Both the position numbers and the translations under genes were made by a program. 12,251 nt of DNA. Source: Candidatus Methylomirabilia bacterium (GTDB lineage: Bacteria; Methylomirabilota; Methylomirabilia; Rokubacteriales; CSP1-6). How positions within the stretch are numbered: the first letter of the stretch is position 1; each line of letters begins with the position of its first letter. A model generated the notes under the pieces. It ran no database searches and was not told where the DNA came from. It saw only the letters and a program-made list of their open reading frames with translations. The stretch is from positions 1-12,251 of the forward strand of contig JBGPXN010000140.1 in the NCBI GenBank assembly GCA_041492755.1, given 5' to 3'. This document shows positions 7,772 to 12,251 of this stretch, in pieces.

Positions 7772-10131
7772 GGGGCAGCTCCCGGTGAGCGGCGAGCGGA
7801 GCGGAGCGCGGCCGCGAGCCGCCGCGCGGTGAATGGTTGACGGCCGGCGTCGATGCCGAGCGGCGCCAGCGCGTCGGCGACGGCGTTGGAGATGGCCGCC
7901 GAACCGCCCATCACGCCGCCCTCGGCCATGCCCTTCATGCCGAGCGGCGTGGCCGGATCCGGCCGCAAGATGTGCTCGACCTCGAACGAGGGAAGCCGCG
8001 CCGCCGTCGGAATGGCGTAGTCCATGAACGTCGCGCTGAGATTCTGGCCGCTCGTGTCGTAGACGACCTCCTCGAAGAGCGCGCCGCCGATGCCCTGCGC
8101 GGTGGCGCCGTGCAGCTGCCCCTCGACGACGCGCGGGTTCAGCAGCCGTCCGCAGTCCTCGACGATCGTGTAACGCGGGATCGTCACCTGGCCCGTCTCG
8201 CGATCGATCTCGACCTGGCAGACATGGGTTCCGCTCGAGAAGGTGAGGGCCGGAGGGTCGAACGCGTGCGTCGCCTCGAGTCCCGGCTCCATCCCCGGCG
8301 GCAGCTCCGTCGGCGCGAGGTACGCCTTCTGCGCGAGCTGCATCACCGTCACGCCGGTCGCCGGGGCCCCGCGCACGTGGACGCGCCCATCGGCCAGCTC
8401 CAGATCGTCGAGCGGCGCCTCCAGCAGGTGCGCCGCGATGCGCAGCAGCTTCTGTTTCACGACGCGCGCGGCGCCGAGCGCCGCCCCCGCGCTCACCACG
8501 CCGCCCCGGCTGCCGCGCGTGCCCATGCCATAGGGCGCCGCGGCCGTGTCGCCCGCGTGAACTCGGACGTTCTCGATCGGGACCGTGAGCGCGTCGGCCA
8601 GCGCCTGGGCGACCGTCGTCTGGTGGCCCTGGCCCTGGCTGACGACGCCGATCTGGGCGGAGACGGCGCCGCTCGGCTCGACCCGGACGGTCGCGGCGTC
8701 GTGGCCCGATCCGGGGATGCCGGCCGTCTTGTAGAACTCCGAGCCGTACGTGTTGGGCTCGACGTAGGTCGCCACGCCGATCCCGACGATGCGCCCGGCC
8801 GAGCGCGCCTCGGTCTGCTCGCGTCGCCGGCTCGCGTAGTCGAAGGCGGCGAGCGCGCGCTCGAGCGTCTCGCGCGGGTAGACCGAGCGATAGGTCAGCT
8901 CGGTCGCCGTCGTGTACGGCAGCTCGGCCTCGGTGAGCATGTTGCGGCGCCGGACGTCGACCGGGTCGAGACCGAGCGCGCGAGCCACCGCGTCGATCGT
9001 GCCCTCGGTCACCCAGCTGCAGATCAACATCGGCGCGCGGTACGGGCCGGACGGGCACTTGTTGGTCAGGACGGCCGTGATCGCGTAGCGGTAGTCGCGC
9101 AGCCGGTAGGCGCCGGGAATCATCATCCCCACGACGCGCGCCATGTAGTTGGGGGGGAAGTAGGCGTAGGCGCCGAAGTCGGCGAGGATCTTCACGTCCA
9201 GGCCCAGGATGGTGCCGTCCGACTTCACGGCGGCGCGGACGTCGACGATGTCTTCACGCGCATGCAGCGAGGCGAGCAGATTCTCGCGACGGGTCTCGAT
9301 CCAGCGCACCGGGCGGCCCAGAAGCCGCGAGGCGGCGGCCGTGGTCAGCTCCTCGCGGTAGAGCGGGATCTTCTGGCCGAATCCCCCGCCGACGTCCGGT
9401 GTGATCACGCGGACGGCGCTTTCCGGAATTCTCAGCCGCGCGGCCAGCGCCGAGCGCATCGGGTGCGGGATCTGGGTCGAGTGCCAGAAGGTGAGCGTCT
9501 CGTCGCCAGGCAGCCAGCTCGCCAGACAGCCGCGCGGCTCGAGCGGCGCGTGCGTCTGGCGACCCTGGTGGAAGCGTACCTCGATCACCCGATCGGCCAC
9601 ACCGAGCGCGGTATCGACGTCGCCGTGGGCGAAGACACCGCGGTACGCGCGATTCGCCGGGATCGTCTCGTCGACCCGCGGCAGCCCGGGATCGTGCGCG
9701 TGCTCGGGATCGACGACGGCCGGCAGCGGCGCGTACTCGACGTCGACGAGCGCGCACGCGTCCTCGACCTGGTACCGGTCCTCGCCGATCACGCAGGCGA
9801 CGAGGTCGCCGACGAAGCGGACCTTGTCCGTCGGCAGCGTCGGCATCTCCATCGGCAACAGCCCGTCGATCGGCGGCGCGATCCGCAGGGGCGCCGTGGC
9901 TCGCGCCAGGTCCTCACCGGTCAGCACCGCCGTGATGCCCGGCGCCCGGCGCGCGGCGGCACCGTCGACCCGGCGCATCCGCGCATGGGCGTACGGGCTG
10001 CGCACGAAGGCGGCGTGAAGCAGGCCCGGCGCCGTGAGGTCGCCGATATAGGTGCCGCGCCCGAGGGCCAGCTTGCGCGTTTCGCGCGGGCTCAGCGCCA
10101 TGCCGACGTATCCCTGTCGCCGCTCGCTCAC
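7768..10131 (-). CDS. Xanthine dehydrogenase family molybdopterin-binding large subunit (CoxL/CutL-like, not form I CODH)
   Basis: Motifs: G.G.Y..DL, FVRSPYAHA, VRFVGD, PLEPRG, STQIPH, PDVGGGFGQK, GRPVRWIETRRE, GQGHQT, GTRGSR, VEIDRETG, NPRVVEGQLHG and KGMAE (catalytic Glu). The start is placed at GTG 10131, which overlaps the TauD TGA and follows GAAAGG; GTG 10149 is an alternative. Confidence 0.93.
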   Translation of the reverse strand: MSERRQGYVGMALSPRETRKLALGRGTYIGDLTAPGLLHAAFVRSPYAHARMRRVDGAAARRAPGITAVLTGEDLARATAPLRIAPPIDGLLPMEMPTLPTDKVRFVGDLVACVIGEDRYQVEDACALVDVEYAPLPAVVDPEHAHDPGLPRVDETIPANRAYRGVFAHGDVDTALGVADRVIEVRFHQGRQTHAPLEPRGCLASWLPGDETLTFWHSTQIPHPMRSALAARLRIPESAVRVITPDVGGGFGQKIPLYREELTTAAASRLLGRPVRWIETRRENLLASLHAREDIVDVRAAVKSDGTILGLDVKILADFGAYAYFPPNYMARVVGMMIPGAYRLRDYRYAITAVLTNKCPSGPYRAPMLICSWVTEGTIDAVARALGLDPVDVRRRNMLTEAELPYTTATELTYRSVYPRETLERALAAFDYASRRREQTEARSAGRIVGIGVATYVEPNTYGSEFYKTAGIPGSGHDAATVRVEPSGAVSAQIGVVSQGQGHQTTVAQALADALTVPIENVRVHAGDTAAAPYGMGTRGSRGGVVSAGAALGAARVVKQKLLRIAAHLLEAPLDDLELADGRVHVRGAPATGVTVMQLAQKAYLAPTELPPGMEPGLEATHAFDPPALTFSSGTHVCQVEIDRETGQVTIPRYTIVEDCGRLLNPRVVEGQLHGATAQGIGGALFEEVVYDTSGQNLSATFMDYAIPTAARLPSFEVEHILRPDPATPLGMKGMAEGGVMGGSAAISNAVADALAPLGIDAGRQPFTARRLAAALRSARRSPGAAP

Positions 10132-11114
10132 GTCGCGCCTTTCCGGCACTGCCCTTCGAGGTGCGTCGTCCCTTCCTTCCGGTTCCAGAAGCGCAACATG
10201 TGGCGCCGCCGCTCGCCGTGGCCGTCGGCGAAGCCCGTCCGGCAGTGCGCGAACCGACGGTTGTTCAGGTACTGGAACTGACCCTTCTCGATGCGGAACT
10301 CCACCCAGAGCTCCGGGCTGTCAATGACCTCGCGCAGCGCCGCGAGCGCGGCCGTCCCCGCCGCATCCAGGGGCTCGCCGGCCAGCGCGTGGCCCTTCAC
10401 GACGTAGTCCTCGTAGTAGCGGGCGGCCAAGCCGTCGCCGTCGCGCGCGAACACCGGGTGCGCGCTCACGCGCGTGTCCTCCGGCGCGTGCTCGGCCTGG
10501 CGGTCCCACCAGAACGCCCGATAGAGGCGTTCCAGCAGCTCGGGGTGGCGCTCGCGCAGCCGCTCGTGCGCGGTGGCCAGGCTCACGAAGCGGCTCATCC
10601 CACCTTCCTCCGCCGAGTCCAGACAGAAGAGGCCTACGAGTCCGGGGGTCAGCGAGAGCCAGCCACCATCCGTGTGGAAGGGCTGCTCGAGGTTCGTCAC
10701 CGAGCGGCGCACGCCGTAGCCCAGGGCCTGGCCCGAGTCCTTCACGTCGTACACGCGCGCGCCGTCCCACTTCTGCGAGACGACGGGCCCGAGCATCGCC
10801 GCGAGGAGCCAGGCGAGCTGGCGGTTCTCGTGCTCGGAGTACCGCTCGACGGGGAGGCGATCGAGGACGACGAGCCCTTCTCCGTGCGTGAGCTGGTCGC
10901 GCACGCGGTCCATGAGCGCGACACAGGCCGAGAGATCGAATCCGGCGGGCGACAGGGTCTCCAGCGGTCGCGGCGTCTCGCGCAGCCGTGCGAGCGCGGC
11001 GTCGAGCTCGAGCCCGCACGCCGGAGGAACGGGAACCAGCCAGTCTCGAGGACCGAGCGTCGCGCGCGTCCAGGTCTGTCGAACGTCGATCTCGCTCGGG
11101 GATGCCGGTGTCAT
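10128..11114 (-). CDS. TauD/TfdA (clavaminate synthase-like) Fe(II)/2-oxoglutarate dioxygenase
   Basis: ATG with a GAGG SD. The facial triad is FHTD plus the distal His in NNRRFAHCRTGF. Other motifs: VGLFCL, GGMSRFVS and RRRHMLRFW (2OG-binding Arg). Confidence 0.9.
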   Translation of the reverse strand: MTPASPSEIDVRQTWTRATLGPRDWLVPVPPACGLELDAALARLRETPRPLETLSPAGFDLSACVALMDRVRDQLTHGEGLVVLDRLPVERYSEHENRQLAWLLAAMLGPVVSQKWDGARVYDVKDSGQALGYGVRRSVTNLEQPFHTDGGWLSLTPGLVGLFCLDSAEEGGMSRFVSLATAHERLRERHPELLERLYRAFWWDRQAEHAPEDTRVSAHPVFARDGDGLAARYYEDYVVKGHALAGEPLDAAGTAALAALREVIDSPELWVEFRIEKGQFQYLNNRRFAHCRTGFADGHGERRRHMLRFWNRKEGTTHLEGQCRKGAT

Positions 11115-11153
11115 GATTGCACCTCGCCTCGTCGCGGGCGGAGCATTCGCGGG

Positions 11154-11162
11154 ACTATAGCA
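11154..11162 (-). promoter_or_regulatory. Candidate extended -10 promoter (TGC-TATAGT) for the TauD-led operon
   Basis: The reverse complement of 11154-11162 is TGCTATAGT (TGn plus TATAGT), about 40 nt upstream of the TauD ATG, in an otherwise GC-rich spacer. Confidence 0.5.
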
Positions 11163-11193
11163 TGCGGACTCCGCCCGGCCGGCCGCCGCCGGC

Positions 11194-11199
11194 TATACT
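11194..11199 (+). promoter_or_regulatory. Candidate -10 element (TATACT) for the divergent alpha/beta hydrolase
   Basis: TATACT lies about 40 nt upstream of ATG 11238, with SD GAGAGGA at 11224-11230. No recognisable -35. Confidence 0.45.
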
Positions 11200-11237
11200 G
11201 CGCCTATCACCCCTCACGATGAAGAGAGGACACAAAA

Positions 11238-11975
11238 ATGCCGAGCTTTGAACACCACGGCGCTTCCATCTACTACGAGGAGTTCGGCCAGGGGTTCCCC
11301 ATTCTCACGTTCGCGCCCGCGGGCCTGCAGTCGGTCATCGACGTCTGGAATCGCCCCTCCGCTCCCGTGAACCCCACCACCGAGCTCGCGGCAAACTTCC
11401 GGGTGATCGCGATGGATCAGCGCAACGCGGGCGGCCAGTCCCGCGCTCCCATCACCGCAGGGGACGGCTGGCCCACCTACGCGGCCGACCACATGGCCGT
11501 GCTCGACCACCTGGGAATCGACCGGTGCCACGTGTACGGCCAGTGTATCGGTGGGTCCTTCATCATGAGCCTGCTGAAGGCCCAGCCCCAGCGCATCGCC
11601 TGCGCCGTGCTCGCGCAGCCCATCGGCCGGGTGGGAGCGATGGCGCCTGGCCGCTCCGCCAGATTCAACGCGTGGGCCGAGACCATCAAGGACCACCCGG
11701 AGGCCACCGAGCAGGTGCTGGATGCGTTTCACCAGAACCTGTACGGTCCCGGCTTCGCCTACAGCGTGGACCGCGCCTTCGTGTCCAAGTGCCAGACGCC
11801 GTGCCTGGTGCTGGCCGGCAACGATGAGGCGCATCCGTTCGCGATCTCCGAGGAGATGGCGAAGCTGCTCCCGAACGCCGAGTTCATCCGGGAGTGGAAG
11901 GAAGGCGCGGCCCTGGTGTCGGCGAGGGCCCGCATCCAGCAGTTCCTTTCGAAGCACACCCCCGCCCGGGCCTAG
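11238..11975 (+). CDS. Alpha/beta fold hydrolase with a Cys nucleophile elbow (GQCIGG)
   Basis: Good SD. Motifs: IYYEEFGQGFPIL, FRVIAMDQRNAGGQS, YAADH.AVLDHLGIDRCHVYGQCIGG, P.LVLAGND and LLPNAEF. Confidence 0.9.
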   Translation: MPSFEHHGASIYYEEFGQGFPILTFAPAGLQSVIDVWNRPSAPVNPTTELAANFRVIAMDQRNAGGQSRAPITAGDGWPTYAADHMAVLDHLGIDRCHVYGQCIGGSFIMSLLKAQPQRIACAVLAQPIGRVGAMAPGRSARFNAWAETIKDHPEATEQVLDAFHQNLYGPGFAYSVDRAFVSKCQTPCLVLAGNDEAHPFAISEEMAKLLPNAEFIREWKEGAALVSARARIQQFLSKHTPARA

Positions 11976-12004
11976 CGGGGTACCGCCGAGCCTCGAGGCC
12001 GCGC

Positions 12005-12250
12005 TTATTTTTCCAGCGCCGCGCGCATGCGGGCGAGCGCGGTGCCGTACACGTGGTCGGGCCGCAGCAGCATGGCGACGCGCTTGTCTTCGTTCGCGAT
12101 CCGGTCGTACTCGTCCCAGTCCGCGCTGCGCCGTCTCGTGGTGGCGCTGAAGATGTGTCGGCGTGCCATCCGGAGTTTTTCGGGATCGGTGTTGCCGGAG
12201 TGGGTGAGCTCCGCCTTGCCCTCGAACACCAGGAACCCGGACCACCAGTC
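12005..12250 (-). CDS. PPOX-class (pyridoxamine 5'-phosphate oxidase-like, Rv1155-type) oxidoreductase, possibly F420-dependent; 3' fragment with the start outside the window
   Basis: The frame is open to the window edge and reads DWWSGFLVFEGKAEL...DWDEYDRIANEDKRVAMLLRPDHVYG...TAA. It matches the EG.A.L and DWD.Y......R.......VYG C-terminal pattern of the family. Confidence 0.75.
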   Translation of the reverse strand, partial: DWWSGFLVFEGKAELTHSGNTDPEKLRMARRHIFSATTRRRSADWDEYDRIANEDKRVAMLLRPDHVYGTALARMRAALEK

Positions 12251-12251
12251 G

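Noticed and set aside
7772..9058. 904-aa ORF suggesting a large N-terminal extension or fusion on the amidase
   Set aside because: The extension is Arg/Gly/Ala-rich off-frame translation of the Mo-subunit gene. Amidase similarity starts at GTG 7771, which has a GTGA coupling.
7768..10131. Calling the Mo subunit aerobic CO dehydrogenase (coxL)
   Set aside because: It lacks both AYxCSFR and AYxGAGR, and there are no coxS/coxM or accessory cox genes nearby.
7837..10281. 814-aa + strand ORF and other long antisense ORFs (1518-3155, 3082-4287, 10161-11222, 11214-12245)
   Set aside because: These are shadow ORFs, expected opposite high-GC3 genes, and carry no recognisable motifs.
11975..12000. 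Small hairpins (GCGG-GGTA-CCGC, GCCTCGAGGC) between the convergent hydrolase and PPOX genes as a terminator
   Set aside because: The stems are too short and not directly followed by a convincing U-tract. The nearby T-run is the reverse complement of the PPOX GAA AAA TAA codons.
1..12251. CRISPR arrays, tRNA/rRNA, IS elements, tandem repeats
   Set aside because: No regularly spaced repeats, RNA-gene signatures, transposase motifs or terminal inverted repeats were seen. Intergenic gaps are all about 125 bp or shorter.

Overview
A high-GC bacterial window, densely coding, with mostly accessory catabolic enzymes. Left to right: (1) a + strand cluster of a 5'-truncated amidohydrolase, an alpha/beta hydrolase and a luciferase-like (LLM) monooxygenase; (2) two - strand genes, a histidine phosphatase and an enoyl-thioester-reductase-like MDR; (3) an intact, E. 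coli-like mazEF toxin-antitoxin module on the + strand with a candidate operator; (4) a - strand operon of a TauD/TfdA dioxygenase, a xanthine-dehydrogenase-family Mo large subunit, an amidase and a DAO-family flavoprotein; (5) a divergent alpha/beta hydrolase with a Cys nucleophile; (6) the 3' end of a PPOX-class (Rv1155-like) oxidoreductase. The best candidate for an undescribed system is the coupled TauD + Mo-subunit + amidase operon, whose Mo subunit has an atypical active-site loop and no Fe-S or FAD partner in the window. The DAO gene is frameshifted and also truncated almost exactly where mazF ends. I saw no rRNA, tRNA, CRISPR array or transposase. All family calls come from motif recognition by eye; no database searches were run.
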